From positions 1-60,299 of the IMG/VR virus record IMGVR_UViG_3300030372_004604: DNA of 60,299 bases; one strand, written 5' to 3'. Positions 31,903 through 40,705 of the stretch are shown here, piece by piece. Both the position numbers and the translations under genes were made by a program. The notes beneath the pieces are model-generated. The model was not told where the DNA came from. It saw nothing but the letters and a program-made list of their open reading frames with translations, and did not search any database. The DNA is from a virus. Its lineage: Duplodnaviria > Caudoviricetes. Each line of letters opens with the position of its first letter. Positions within the stretch are counted from its first letter, which is position 1.

Positions 31903-32801
31903 CTTATAAACGTATAGTAGTCACGACTAGGGGTTAAACTTAGGCTTGCTCTATCTCTATCTTCAGCGGCTGCCCTTTCAAACTCTTCTTCATATACTGC
32001 TTTTAAAATTTGAGTCCTTTGTGGAGCGCGTTTAAGAGAAATATAATAAGCTAATCCTGCAGACAAACATGGGTAAAACCTGAAAGGTACATCTACCGTG
32101 TTTTGTGGGTTATCTACATCATCTATTCTAGTTAATTTATCATATACTAATGTGTAAGTATTATTATCTGGAGTAGGCCACAGTTTTATAGAAGGCGTAA
32201 TTAACCTATCTACATAAAACTGTGTAGGTCTAGAAGAGCTGTTTTTAGTAGCAATGTTGATGTAAGCATCTCTACTAATTCTACTTATAGCAACATCTGT
32301 TTGCCCTGAACCTGTTCCTGTTCTAATAACAGCAGACAATACATCAATAGTTGATTGTATTGGTGTTAAAGAAATAGCAGCGGAAACGGTGGTGGTTGCC
32401 CCACTTGTTCCACCTGTTACCGTTTCCGTTGCAACAAATGTTCCTTCAGGTATAGTAATATCTATAGCAGTAGAAGAGCGGATACTCGTAATACTTGCTG
32501 TAGCTCCGCTAGTGCCTCCTGTTATTGTTTCTGCTACTGAAAAAGAACCACTAGCCGCAACGGTCATAGTAAGTGTTCCGGCAGGGTAAATAGCAATACC
32601 TGATGCAAGAGGCAAAGTAGCTTGCTCTATTGTCCACCTGTTCAGGCCTCTGTTAGCCCAATCAGCAAACAATAAATTTAAAGATCTACGCGCACTCGTA
32701 AGGTCGTATCCTGTACGCACTTCGAGGCCGCATCTTTCAAATGCTTCCTCGACGTACTCAGCTACATCAAGCTCAAAATCATTAGAACCAGAAACTGCCA
32801 T
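31899..32801 (-). CDS. Putative adaptor / tail tubular protein with an inserted ETITGGTSG repeat domain
   Basis: EEAFERCG..RTGYDL..ARRSLNLL..WANRG, RPTQFY, LWPTP, PFRFYPCL. Confidence 0.6.
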   Translation of the reverse strand: MAVSGSNDFELDVAEYVEEAFERCGLEVRTGYDLTSARRSLNLLFADWANRGLNRWTIEQATLPLASGIAIYPAGTLTMTVAASGSFSVAETITGGTSGATASITSIRSSTAIDITIPEGTFVATETVTGGTSGATTTVSAAISLTPIQSTIDVLSAVIRTGTGSGQTDVAISRISRDAYINIATKNSSSRPTQFYVDRLITPSIKLWPTPDNNTYTLVYDKLTRIDDVDNPQNTVDVPFRFYPCLSAGLAYYISLKRAPQRTQILKAVYEEEFERAAAEDRDRASLSLTPSRDYYTFIR

Positions 32802-32811
32802 AAGTTACACC

Positions 32812-33105
32812 TTAACTGTAAGGCCCTTTGACTATACCGCCACGAGCCATTTTCTTAACTTTACCGCCACGGGCCATTTTCTTAACCTTGCCTCCGCGAG
32901 CCATTTTCTTAACGCTACCGCCATATCGTTTTTTCATTGGTTCCTCCTTTTTATTTTTCTTTTTATTTTTAGGCATTTTGCCTGTTTTAGGATCTCTTAG
33001 ATCATCTGCATTGTCTTGAGACATTTGATCCATCTTTTTTTGTTTTAAAGCATCTGCTCTTGATTTAGGTACTGGTGGGTTTTTCTTTTTAGTTTTAGCA
33101 GCCAT
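32812..33105 (-). CDS. Small basic protein with three tandem KKMARGG repeats
   Basis: Imperfect 27-bp tandem repeat at about 32835-32925. Confidence 0.65.
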   Translation of the reverse strand: MAAKTKKKNPPVPKSRADALKQKKMDQMSQDNADDLRDPKTGKMPKNKKKNKKEEPMKKRYGGSVKKMARGGKVKKMARGGKVKKMARGGIVKGPYS

Positions 33106-33299
33106 TATACTCTCCTTGTTCTAATGCGTTTAAATGCTCCTTTTTTAGGAGCACCTCTTTGTCCAACTTTCCGCATTTTTTCACCGCTACCTGCAGCTAT
33201 CCTTTTCTTTTTTGCATTGATATTAGCATAAAGTCCAGGAGGTTTTTTGCGTCCAGATTTCTTAATTTGTTGTGCCATTTGGTTTCTCGATATAGTCAT
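33105..33299 (-). CDS. Small basic protein
   Basis: GLYANINAKKKRI..GSGEKMRK. Confidence 0.6.
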   Translation of the reverse strand: MTISRNQMAQQIKKSGRKKPPGLYANINAKKKRIAAGSGEKMRKVGQRGAPKKGAFKRIRTRRV

Positions 33300-33457
33300 T
33301 AAACTAATTTATCTAAAGCAGCCGCACCGATAATTAAAATAACGATACCCCACATTCTTAAATCTAATTTATCTAAAACTTTTTCTATATGAGAGTATCT
33401 TCTGTTGCATTCTGCTTCATGCTTTTCTAGCAACTTCAACACTTCTTTTGCATCCAT
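33299..33457 (-). CDS. 52-aa coiled-coil protein with a C-terminal TM segment (not in ORF track)
   Basis: MDAKEVLKLLEKHEAECNRRY...MWGIVILIIGAAAL; fills the gap with a TAATG overlap. Confidence 0.55.
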   Translation of the reverse strand: MDAKEVLKLLEKHEAECNRRYSHIEKVLDKLDLRMWGIVILIIGAAALDKLV

Positions 33458-33459
33458 AG

Positions 33460-33744
33460 CTACCATGCCTTACACGACCAATATCGCGCACTGAACTTAT
33501 CTTTTGCAGTAGCGCAATTATGCCTTGCTCTAAAGGATTTTCTTCTAGCAGGTTGGTCTTTTTTAATAGACATATTAGGGTCTCCAAACCGCACTAACTT
33601 TATCTTGTCGCCTTTTTTAGCTAGAACAGCGGACTTTTTTGGCCCATCTGGTGTTCTTTTCGGTTTATTAAAACCTGAAAAAGACATCCCACGGTAAGTA
33701 ATCCTACCAGACGGGCTTCTTTTGACATCTTTCGTAGTAGCCAT
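33460..33744 (-). CDS. Conserved small basic phage protein
   Basis: NKPKRTP..KK.AVLAK...VRFGD...RKSFRARHNC...YWSCKAW. Confidence 0.7.
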   Translation of the reverse strand: MATTKDVKRSPSGRITYRGMSFSGFNKPKRTPDGPKKSAVLAKKGDKIKLVRFGDPNMSIKKDQPARRKSFRARHNCATAKDKFSARYWSCKAW

Positions 33745-33752
33745 AGGGTTCC

Positions 33753-34028
33753 TTACGCATAAAATATAGTCATAGCAGTAATGTTTGTCGCCGTAGCAAC
33801 ATGCACATCTGAGGTAAACAACACCCCTTCATCTGGAATATTTACAGAGTGCGTTTGACTTGCTGTGAAATCTAAATCTAAAAGAGTTGAACCTCCATTG
33901 CCATCAGAAAAAGTTAACCGACCTGCTCCTGCTGCTACCAAAACTTGAACCTGACGCAACCGAGCACGACCAGTAGAGGCCGCGCCTGTTCCTGTCAAGC
34001 GTTTGGCTTGTACGTCTGAGTTTGACAT
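33753..34028 (-). CDS. Small structural protein
   Basis: 91 aa, GGAG RBS. Confidence 0.6.
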   Translation of the reverse strand: MSNSDVQAKRLTGTGAASTGRARLRQVQVLVAAGAGRLTFSDGNGGSTLLDLDFTASQTHSVNIPDEGVLFTSDVHVATATNITAMTIFYA

Positions 34029-34040
34029 ATAAGGCTCTCC

Positions 34041-34523
34041 TTACGATGCGTCGGAAGAACTAGAAATACCGAAAAACTTCAAAACAATTACTGTATCACT
34101 TCCAGGATCACCAGAAACAACTAACTCAACTTCATCTGCTGTAGCACCACTGGCTGCAGTAGTATAACCAGACATGCCAAGAACACCATTACACCCAAAA
34201 AATCCTTTAAACCCAACCGAATTAACAGCGGCAGAAATACCATCTACATAACCGTCTGTATCAGCATCTGTACCAATATCATTTAGGTTAACAGCGTTTG
34301 TTGCTGCAGTAGTCACTGCTACAGTAACGCCCATCGGTATAAAGTTAGAAGGAATACCAATAGCAGACTCTTTACCAGTAGTAGCACCATCAGCAACGGT
34401 AATTGTTGCCTCGTACGTTTGTAGAGTCATAGTGCTTGTGACAGCACCTGTTGTTGTATTTTTGGTTATATCTGAAAAACCGTTTTCAGAACGCACTGGT
34501 CCTGAGAAAGTAGTATTAGCCAT
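34041..34523 (-). CDS. Putative capsid-associated protein
   Basis: MANTTFSGPVRS N-terminus; immediately downstream of the capsid gene. Confidence 0.55.
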   Translation of the reverse strand: MANTTFSGPVRSENGFSDITKNTTTGAVTSTMTLQTYEATITVADGATTGKESAIGIPSNFIPMGVTVAVTTAATNAVNLNDIGTDADTDGYVDGISAAVNSVGFKGFFGCNGVLGMSGYTTAASGATADEVELVVSGDPGSDTVIVLKFFGISSSSDAS

Positions 34524-34591
34524 ATGTATTTCTCCTGTCTTGGCTAGTGTCAGTTACACGATGTAACTGTCAGGGATAAATTAACGTACAC

Positions 34592-34655
34592 AAAAAAACC
34601 CCCTTGCACAAGGGGGTTGATATTTAAATAAAAAAGGGGGGAATAATCCCCCCTT
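34592..34655 (-). terminator. Two tandem intrinsic terminators after the major capsid gene
   Basis: Hairpins GGGGGG-ATTATT-CCCCCC and CCCCCTTG-TG-CAAGGGGG, each followed by a T-run on the minus strand. Confidence 0.7.
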
Positions 34656-34659
34656 AATA

Positions 34660-35571
34660 TTAAGCGGCTCCAGGAGAACCAAACACACATCTAGGGTCTG
34701 AAACCCCAAAGCTGTATCTTTCACGAGCTTTATAACGAGCGTTACCTGTATCGAAATCACCTTCCATAGAAGTTTTGATTGCGCTACGCTCAAAATGTTT
34801 AAAGCCGTTAGGAGCATCTGTTTTAATGAAAAACGCATCCGTATCGGTTAGGAAGTGGTTTACCACATAACCTTCTGGGAGCATTCCCATATTACGAACA
34901 GCGTTTATATCATTGTCTGCTGTTGCAGTACGAAGATTAGAAGCCATCAACCTTTCAGCTACAAACTGAAGTGCAGGTGGAATAATCATCTTACGGCCTT
35001 GCAGAGCAATTTTCAACCCACGCTCATCAATAAAAGCAGAGATATCTATTAGAGACTGCTCGAGTGATGTTTCGTTAAGGTCAGCTGCTGTTGACAACTC
35101 ATTAGCAAAGTTACCACCACCTACAGTTGGGTGGTCTGTAGCACAAAGCTCTTTTCCATCACCATAAGTAACACCACTATCAAACGCATTGTTTAGAATA
35201 GCAGCGGCTTTAACTTGCTTCGTGTTTGCCATGGAACGAGCTAATGCCTTTGTGTAACGAGAGCTGAGTCGGTCATAGAGGTTGTCCTCTACAGCTTCTT
35301 CAGTTATCGCAAACGCAAGGGAAATTGTTTCATGGGTGTAACGAGCAGTGTAGGCTTCGTTGGCAGTATCAAAAGAAACTGCTTGTCCTTCACCTTTCAC
35401 TGGTGCGCTACCAAACCCTGATAACATTACCTCTTCTTCAAACGCTCTGTCTGAAGATTCCGTTTCAAAAATTTCAGCATGTTCATTATCATACCGATCG
35501 TATTCCAATCCAAAAAGCGCATGAAGTCCGGGTTCAAGCTCTTTAAGGAGTTGAGATCTTGCTATAGCCAT
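34660..35571 (-). CDS. Major capsid protein (HK97 fold, Mu gpT-like)
   Basis: MAIARSQLLKELEPGL.ALFGLEY, ITEEAVEDNLY, GDFDTGN.RYKARERYSFG. Confidence 0.9.
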   Translation of the reverse strand: MAIARSQLLKELEPGLHALFGLEYDRYDNEHAEIFETESSDRAFEEEVMLSGFGSAPVKGEGQAVSFDTANEAYTARYTHETISLAFAITEEAVEDNLYDRLSSRYTKALARSMANTKQVKAAAILNNAFDSGVTYGDGKELCATDHPTVGGGNFANELSTAADLNETSLEQSLIDISAFIDERGLKIALQGRKMIIPPALQFVAERLMASNLRTATADNDINAVRNMGMLPEGYVVNHFLTDTDAFFIKTDAPNGFKHFERSAIKTSMEGDFDTGNARYKARERYSFGVSDPRCVFGSPGAA

Positions 35572-35583
35572 ATCATATCCTCC

Positions 35584-36198
35584 TTAGATTCCGGTTGTAG
35601 CTACATGGAAGGGAAGGTTCAATTTAACTAAAGCAACTACACCTGCTGCCGCATAATCAATAGCCTCGACGTCTTTAAACCCGACGATTCTAAAGTTATC
35701 TGTTGCAGTAGTAGCTCCTGCCGTAGCCACAGAAAGCTCGCCAATTGAAATATTAGCACTTCCTGTTGTAGAACCAAAATTAACACCCTCGGCATTTGAA
35801 TGAATTAGTGCGGTAGCTGTTGCTAAATTAGTTAGCGAAGCATCACACTGAACTTCAAACACTTGCATAGGATCATCATAAACAAACACAGTTGCTTCTG
35901 TGCCAGATTTAAGAGATGCCGTTCCAGGATAGTAGTTATTAAAAGTAGGCGTTCCGTCCAAAGCAGTATACTGACAACCGCCCATAACACCAAGAATCGC
36001 TACCGAACCACCGTCTGCCGCACTTACATCTACAAGACCGTTTGTAAGAGGGATCACCATATCGCCTTGATATATTGCGCTTGATGAACCTGCTACTCCA
36101 GGAATTTGTACTTTATAAGGCGTCAATCCATTGCCGTTCGGTGTAGACCCTATCTTGTTATGTGGACGAAGACCAAATGGGGAATCAACGTTCGCCAT
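35584..36198 (-). CDS. Putative capsid decoration/cement protein
   Basis: MAN.D.PFGLRP, IYQGD, VYDDP; directly upstream of the capsid gene. Confidence 0.55.
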   Translation of the reverse strand: MANVDSPFGLRPHNKIGSTPNGNGLTPYKVQIPGVAGSSSAIYQGDMVIPLTNGLVDVSAADGGSVAILGVMGGCQYTALDGTPTFNNYYPGTASLKSGTEATVFVYDDPMQVFEVQCDASLTNLATATALIHSNAEGVNFGSTTGSANISIGELSVATAGATTATDNFRIVGFKDVEAIDYAAAGVVALVKLNLPFHVATTGI

Positions 36199-36219
36199 GA
36201 GTTTTTCTCCTATTAAAGA

Positions 36220-36684
36220 TTAAGAATCGGATCCATTATCGGATCCACCAAAGGTTACACGAGACTGCCTATCAGGTTTACTAATAGGCATTGATGGATG
36301 TTGTTCCCTTAACAAATCATTATCAACGGCTTTCATTTGATCATCTGTTTTATTTTTGAAATAATCGTTCCGTTGTTTATTTGTTTCAACAGGAAACCTT
36401 GCAAGTATCAGACCGCCAACCCCTATTACTCCGGCATGTTTGCCATCTTGTACTGTAGGGGCTTCAAAATCTGGATACTCATCAGCGCGAACAAGTTCAA
36501 AGCCTTCGCGAAGGCGGGCAGAAAGGTTTTTTCTATCGTCGTAACCCATAACCGTTTCACGGATCCAACGATGATGATAACCTTCTGGGGGTGGTGGTGC
36601 GTCTAATTGAGACGGGGGTCGCCAAGGTTTAACTCGGCTTTCTTTTTCCCTTGATTGGGAAGAGCGTGGGCTTCTTTCAGACAT
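36220..36684 (-). CDS. Conserved head-module protein
   Basis: W.PPS.LDAP.PP.GY.HRWIR, REG.ELVR, VGGLILAR. Confidence 0.65.
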   Translation of the reverse strand: MSERSPRSSQSREKESRVKPWRPPSQLDAPPPPEGYHHRWIRETVMGYDDRKNLSARLREGFELVRADEYPDFEAPTVQDGKHAGVIGVGGLILARFPVETNKQRNDYFKNKTDDQMKAVDNDLLREQHPSMPISKPDRQSRVTFGGSDNGSDS

Positions 36685-36692
36685 AGTTATCC

Positions 36693-37601
36693 TCACGATG
36701 TTTGGAGGCGTTGTTTTTGCCTCGCATATTGTTCATAACTTACACCGAGTTTGTCAGCAATAGCAACCTCAGATTTTGTAAGTTTGATTTTTTGTTGTTT
36801 TGATCTGGTAGAACCACGGTTTGCACTAGCAACCGCAGGGCCAGAATTACGACTACGAGCAGGGGTGTTCCCAAACTTATGTGGGAACTCTGTTCGCATT
36901 CTTCTATCAACCTCATTATAGTATTCATCACTTTGTGGATCATATCCTTCAGTATCAACTAACGCTTTATGAATACTAAATGCAGTTAATGTCATCGGCT
37001 CATCCGTGCCAAACCATTCGTTTTTAGAAGCCCACTCAGAGGCTTTAGGGTCTGGTGGGGGAGGCGTTTTTGCTAACTGTTGTTGTTGGTACGGAGTAAG
37101 TTGTTGGGGCTGTTGTGGCTGTTGTGCCTGTTGCTCTCTCTGTGTTTTTACTTGAGCTAATCGTTCGGTATGTACGCCAAGCTCGCCAAGTTTACCTTGC
37201 GCTTCAACCTGTGCATCAATATCTCCACGATCTATAGCTTCTTTCAGAGTACTTTTCCAAAGCTCTTTTTCAGCGGTTACTCTGTTTTCAAACTCTGCTA
37301 CATAAGAATTATCTAATGTACTTGTTTTCTTGCGAACATCCTCAAGTTCTTGTTTCGTTGCTTGAGCAAAATCTAAAGCAGCTTTTTCACGGCGTTCTGC
37401 TTCTCGCATTTTTGCCGTTAGCTTGCTTATACGTTTCTGTACCCCTTCACTATATTGCTCTAGTTCAGAGGCGTCTTTTTCTTCAGGAGCCTCATCAACA
37501 ACTTCAACATCAGGTTGGTCTTGTTTTTCAGAAAGATCTACCTCGATATTTTCTTCGTTTTCAGATTCTTCAAACTCTATTTCTTGTTGTGCTTCAGCCA
37601 T
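36693..37601 (-). CDS. Putative scaffolding protein
   Basis: Acidic N-terminus, coiled coil, DPKA..WA..N.WFG, C-terminal IA.KLGV..E.YA. Confidence 0.65.
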   Translation of the reverse strand: MAEAQQEIEFEESENEENIEVDLSEKQDQPDVEVVDEAPEEKDASELEQYSEGVQKRISKLTAKMREAERREKAALDFAQATKQELEDVRKKTSTLDNSYVAEFENRVTAEKELWKSTLKEAIDRGDIDAQVEAQGKLGELGVHTERLAQVKTQREQQAQQPQQPQQLTPYQQQQLAKTPPPPDPKASEWASKNEWFGTDEPMTLTAFSIHKALVDTEGYDPQSDEYYNEVDRRMRTEFPHKFGNTPARSRNSGPAVASANRGSTRSKQQKIKLTKSEVAIADKLGVSYEQYARQKQRLQTS

Positions 37602-37614
37602 TTTCTACTCCGTC

Positions 37615-38106
37615 CTAAAAATGCAGTATGTCATCAGGGTCAGTTATACGAGCAATGATTTCATCATCGTTAAGAAGACGAACTTCACCACCTTCTATTT
37701 TAAACCGACTTCCTGCATACCTTCCAAAAATAACCCAATCACCTTCTTTGCACCAAGGCTCTGAGTTTTCACCAAACTTATCTGTATCTAAGTAAGCTAG
37801 AGGGCCAACTTTAAGTACATATCCACAAACAGTACCTAATGCTTCCCTTTCTCTTACCTCTGTTGGTACAATAATGCCTCCATCAGTTTGCTTTTTACCT
37901 TGATAAGGAAGCAATAGTACTCGCCACCCTGTAGGTTGAGGCAATCTTTCCAATGCACTATCAGATATTTTTGAAGGGTCTAAAAAACGGTCTTCAGCGC
38001 GAACATACGCTTGTTCTAAGGCTCCAACTTTTTTCTTTTCTTTCGGGGGGGTTTTTGGTTTTTTGTCCACATAATGGTCAGGAACAAGTAGTGTCTTAGT
38101 CATCAT
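37615..38106 (-). CDS. GroES-like co-chaperonin
   Basis: PTGWRVLL...TDGGII...VLKVGP...EGDWVIF.RYAG...LLNDDEIIA. Confidence 0.85.
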   Translation of the reverse strand: MMTKTLLVPDHYVDKKPKTPPKEKKKVGALEQAYVRAEDRFLDPSKISDSALERLPQPTGWRVLLLPYQGKKQTDGGIIVPTEVREREALGTVCGYVLKVGPLAYLDTDKFGENSEPWCKEGDWVIFGRYAGSRFKIEGGEVRLLNDDEIIARITDPDDILHF

Positions 38107-38290
38107 CAGTTACCTTTTCTAGCAGGTCTTTAAGATCCTGTTCAGTTATAGCAAGTTCTCCAAGCCTCGCTCGGAGTTCCTTGAATGCAGTAAAATCTGG
38201 TACAGGCCCAAAACAAAGAGCATCTTTTACCACATTTTGCCGTTCACGGACATTCTTCAACATTTTTTCGTACATGTAAAGGTCCGACAT
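38096..38290 (-). CDS. Small hypothetical protein
   Basis: 64-aa ORF overlapping both neighbours. Confidence 0.55.
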   Translation of the reverse strand: MSDLYMYEKMLKNVRERQNVVKDALCFGPVPDFTAFKELRARLGELAITEQDLKDLLEKVTDDD

Positions 38291-38739
38291 TACATTAACT
38301 CAAAATGAGGGCCATCTATAAACGGCCTTTTACCTTCTCCCCTACGAATGTCTACATAATTCATCATAGCTTCTTCCATTGTACCTTCCCATGCAGCAAT
38401 ATTTGCTGTAGTCCATGCACCGCCCCAACGGACGACGACGTTAAGTTCACGAGAAGCTTCTGCCATAGCATCAGCAATTTCATCGTAAACATTTAATTCC
38501 CAAGAAGCACGTCCATCAATATAAGCCATAAGGTCTACTGCTCTGCCATCCAAATGTTTGGATTTCATCGTTTTAGTTGCACCTTTAGCAAATAAAGACT
38601 CTTGCTCTTCTATCGTTCGTTTGCCACAAATGACACCAAAATCAATCGTAGACACAGTAATCGCTTTTTTTACAACTTTGACTAAAGTACTATTTACGCC
38701 CTCTAATCGTTCATTGCTTCTTGTTGATAGCATAAACAT
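38290..38739 (-). CDS. Endolysin, M15-family L-Ala-D-Glu peptidase-like
   Basis: RT.EEQ..L, SKHLDGRAVD, WGGAW, DGPHFEL. Confidence 0.85.
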   Translation of the reverse strand: MFMLSTRSNERLEGVNSTLVKVVKKAITVSTIDFGVICGKRTIEEQESLFAKGATKTMKSKHLDGRAVDLMAYIDGRASWELNVYDEIADAMAEASRELNVVVRWGGAWTTANIAAWEGTMEEAMMNYVDIRRGEGKRPFIDGPHFELM

Positions 38740-39140
38740 TATTTAGAAATCCCCTTGTATTTCTCAAAACTTCTCAAACCACCTAACCCTAACATTCCCA
38801 TCAATACAGGCATCATTTCACTTAGGTCTAACGCAGGGATAGCAACGAGATAATTAAATTGTGCTAATGTAAACATCAGTATGGGGTGGATTACATAGTT
38901 GTATGCCATTGCAACACCACATGTCCAACCAATAAATGGACGCCATCCTGCTATAAAAACATTCCTGCTTTGTGCTTCGGCCTTGTTTATTTCTAACTGA
39001 CCTTTGGCAAGCTCTTGGGCATGGCGTTCTGCCATTGTAGATATTTCATGGGCAAGTTGGTTCTTTTGGTCTTTATCTTCTATAAATTTATCAAGCAGTC
39101 CCGTAACAGGTTGGACTAAAGAGCCTAATAAATTTATCAT
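38739..39140 (-). CDS. Holin (3TM / GTA-type)
   Basis: WRPFIGW.CG, LMGMLGLGGLRSFEK. Confidence 0.75.
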   Translation of the reverse strand: MINLLGSLVQPVTGLLDKFIEDKDQKNQLAHEISTMAERHAQELAKGQLEINKAEAQSRNVFIAGWRPFIGWTCGVAMAYNYVIHPILMFTLAQFNYLVAIPALDLSEMMPVLMGMLGLGGLRSFEKYKGISK

Positions 39141-39415
39141 TTTTTATTCGCCCATGTGCTAAATCCCATATACGCCCCACAAAGACTAGCGAGTGCAAAG
39201 TACATAGAACTAATTAAACCGCTAAGTGCAGTGACTCGCTCATCACCAATTATAGGCGTACACAAAACAATAGTCATACAAACCATCAACGCAAAAGCAC
39301 AAATAGCCATATACCTCTGAGTTTCTTGTTTATCATGAGCATCGCTTGCCTCTTGCAGAACAATATCATCTGCATCGATAGTACCATCACCATCCATATC
39401 TTTTATAGGTGTCAT
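39137..39415 (-). CDS. Two-TM membrane protein
   Basis: Two hydrophobic segments; lysis-module context. Confidence 0.55.
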   Translation of the reverse strand: MTPIKDMDGDGTIDADDIVLQEASDAHDKQETQRYMAICAFALMVCMTIVLCTPIIGDERVTALSGLISSMYFALASLCGAYMGFSTWANKK

Positions 39416-39543
39416 GCTTTTTTCCTTACCTTTGTTTTTTTACCTCGCATTGCTAAAAAATCAGCACCTGTTATTTTGTTTTTTGGCGGTTTTTTAGATG
39501 CTATTGTTCTTTGTTTAGGGGTTAGTTTTTTAACAGTCATCAT
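39412..39543 (-). CDS. 43-aa basic protein (not in ORF track)
   Basis: MMTVKKLTPKQRTIA...KITGADF; AAGGA RBS; ATGA overlap. Confidence 0.5.
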   Translation of the reverse strand: MMTVKKLTPKQRTIASKKPPKNKITGADFLAMRGKKTKVRKKA

Positions 39544-39550
39544 ATTTTCC

Positions 39551-39817
39551 TTATGTTGTTTTCTTTTTACTTTTACCTTTACCTAACAAATCAGCATCTG
39601 CTTTACGAGCACCTCCTGATCCGGTAACAAAACTTTTGACTCTACCCATAGCCCACGCATGTTGCGATGTTTTTGGTCTACTGCCAGAAGAAAAGTATGC
39701 TCCCAAACCTCTCTTGTAAACTTTATCTAATGTGCTTTTAGCAAATCTACCTGCTCCAGGAATAGAACCATACTTACCAGAACTAGGTTTGGTAGAGGTC
39801 TTTTTTGTAGGGGCCAT
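39551..39817 (-). CDS. Small basic conserved protein
   Basis: KVYKRGLGAY.SSGSRP..SQHAWAMGRV. Confidence 0.6.
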   Translation of the reverse strand: MAPTKKTSTKPSSGKYGSIPGAGRFAKSTLDKVYKRGLGAYFSSGSRPKTSQHAWAMGRVKSFVTGSGGARKADADLLGKGKSKKKTT

Positions 39818-40011
39818 TATGATTTACTCCTTTGCTTATCAATTCGTTCCATCATAGCAGGTGTAAGTTTGCCTTGCCTATAAAGTTTCGCAGTTCTTTT
39901 TATTTCAGCTGCTCTTGCCGTAGGGTTTTTCGCACCTTGCAAATATTTCTTTGGCACACCTTTCGTCTTAACTACTTTTTTAAATTTTCTTTTTGCGGGA
40001 GCTTTTGCCAT
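39817..40011 (-). CDS. Small basic protein
   Basis: GVPKKYL; coupled ORF. Confidence 0.55.
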   Translation of the reverse strand: MAKAPAKRKFKKVVKTKGVPKKYLQGAKNPTARAAEIKRTAKLYRQGKLTPAMMERIDKQRSKS

Positions 40012-40699
40012 TCTTTTTCTTCCTATTATCTGAATATAAATTATTGAACGTAGTAATAGGGTCTAAATAAGAATCATGCCCTTCTGCAGAATGCACCCAT
40101 TGTGAAGGGGCAAAATCAGGAGCACCTTCACCTGTACGCCAAAGAGCAGGACTCGTAGCTCGCACTCTGTTATTAGGCAAAGCTACAAAATTACCTGTCC
40201 AACTACCTGCATCAGTAAGATAAATTACATGAGATTGTTTATGTTGAGCAGGGTCATCTGCTATATCGTTTCCTGTATAATCTACCGTAAACATATACTT
40301 ACCTGTGTAAAATTCACCATCTATTTTACAAAGCCAAGGCGAGGAGCTCACTCTATCCATAACAACGACACTATGATCTCTAGATTCGCAATCCCAAGGT
40401 TGGCACAAATGGTCTAACATAGGTTCAGGCCACTCTTCTACAGGTATATCGGCAACTAAACCCTCTATTGGCATTCTTGCCCACATAGCTCCACCATGTA
40501 AGTTTTGCCCCATATCATTACCTTCAAGCTCTTCACAACCTGTAAAAACAACCTGAAAACTTAACGACCTATCAGGTATTGTATTTACAGCAATAGCAAT
40601 AGCATGAAGAAACTCACCATGATAATCGGTATGGTTGCAAGTAAATTCTCTGCGTACCCAACAATTAAAGTGTGGGATATTACTAATAAGATAGGACAT
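39980..40699 (-). CDS. Conserved hypothetical protein
   Basis: HGGAMWARMP, QPWDC, YMFTVDY, QHKQSH, ALPNNR. Confidence 0.7.
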   Translation of the reverse strand: MSYLISNIPHFNCWVRREFTCNHTDYHGEFLHAIAIAVNTIPDRSLSFQVVFTGCEELEGNDMGQNLHGGAMWARMPIEGLVADIPVEEWPEPMLDHLCQPWDCESRDHSVVVMDRVSSSPWLCKIDGEFYTGKYMFTVDYTGNDIADDPAQHKQSHVIYLTDAGSWTGNFVALPNNRVRATSPALWRTGEGAPDFAPSQWVHSAEGHDSYLDPITTFNNLYSDNRKKKNGKSSRKKKI

Positions 40700-40705
40700 T
40701 ACCTA

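Noticed and set aside
34541-34552. 12-bp identity (TGGCTAGTGTCA) with the tRNA variable arm at 48941-48952
   Set aside because: Many 12-mer matches are expected by chance in 60 kb, and there is no flanking similarity.
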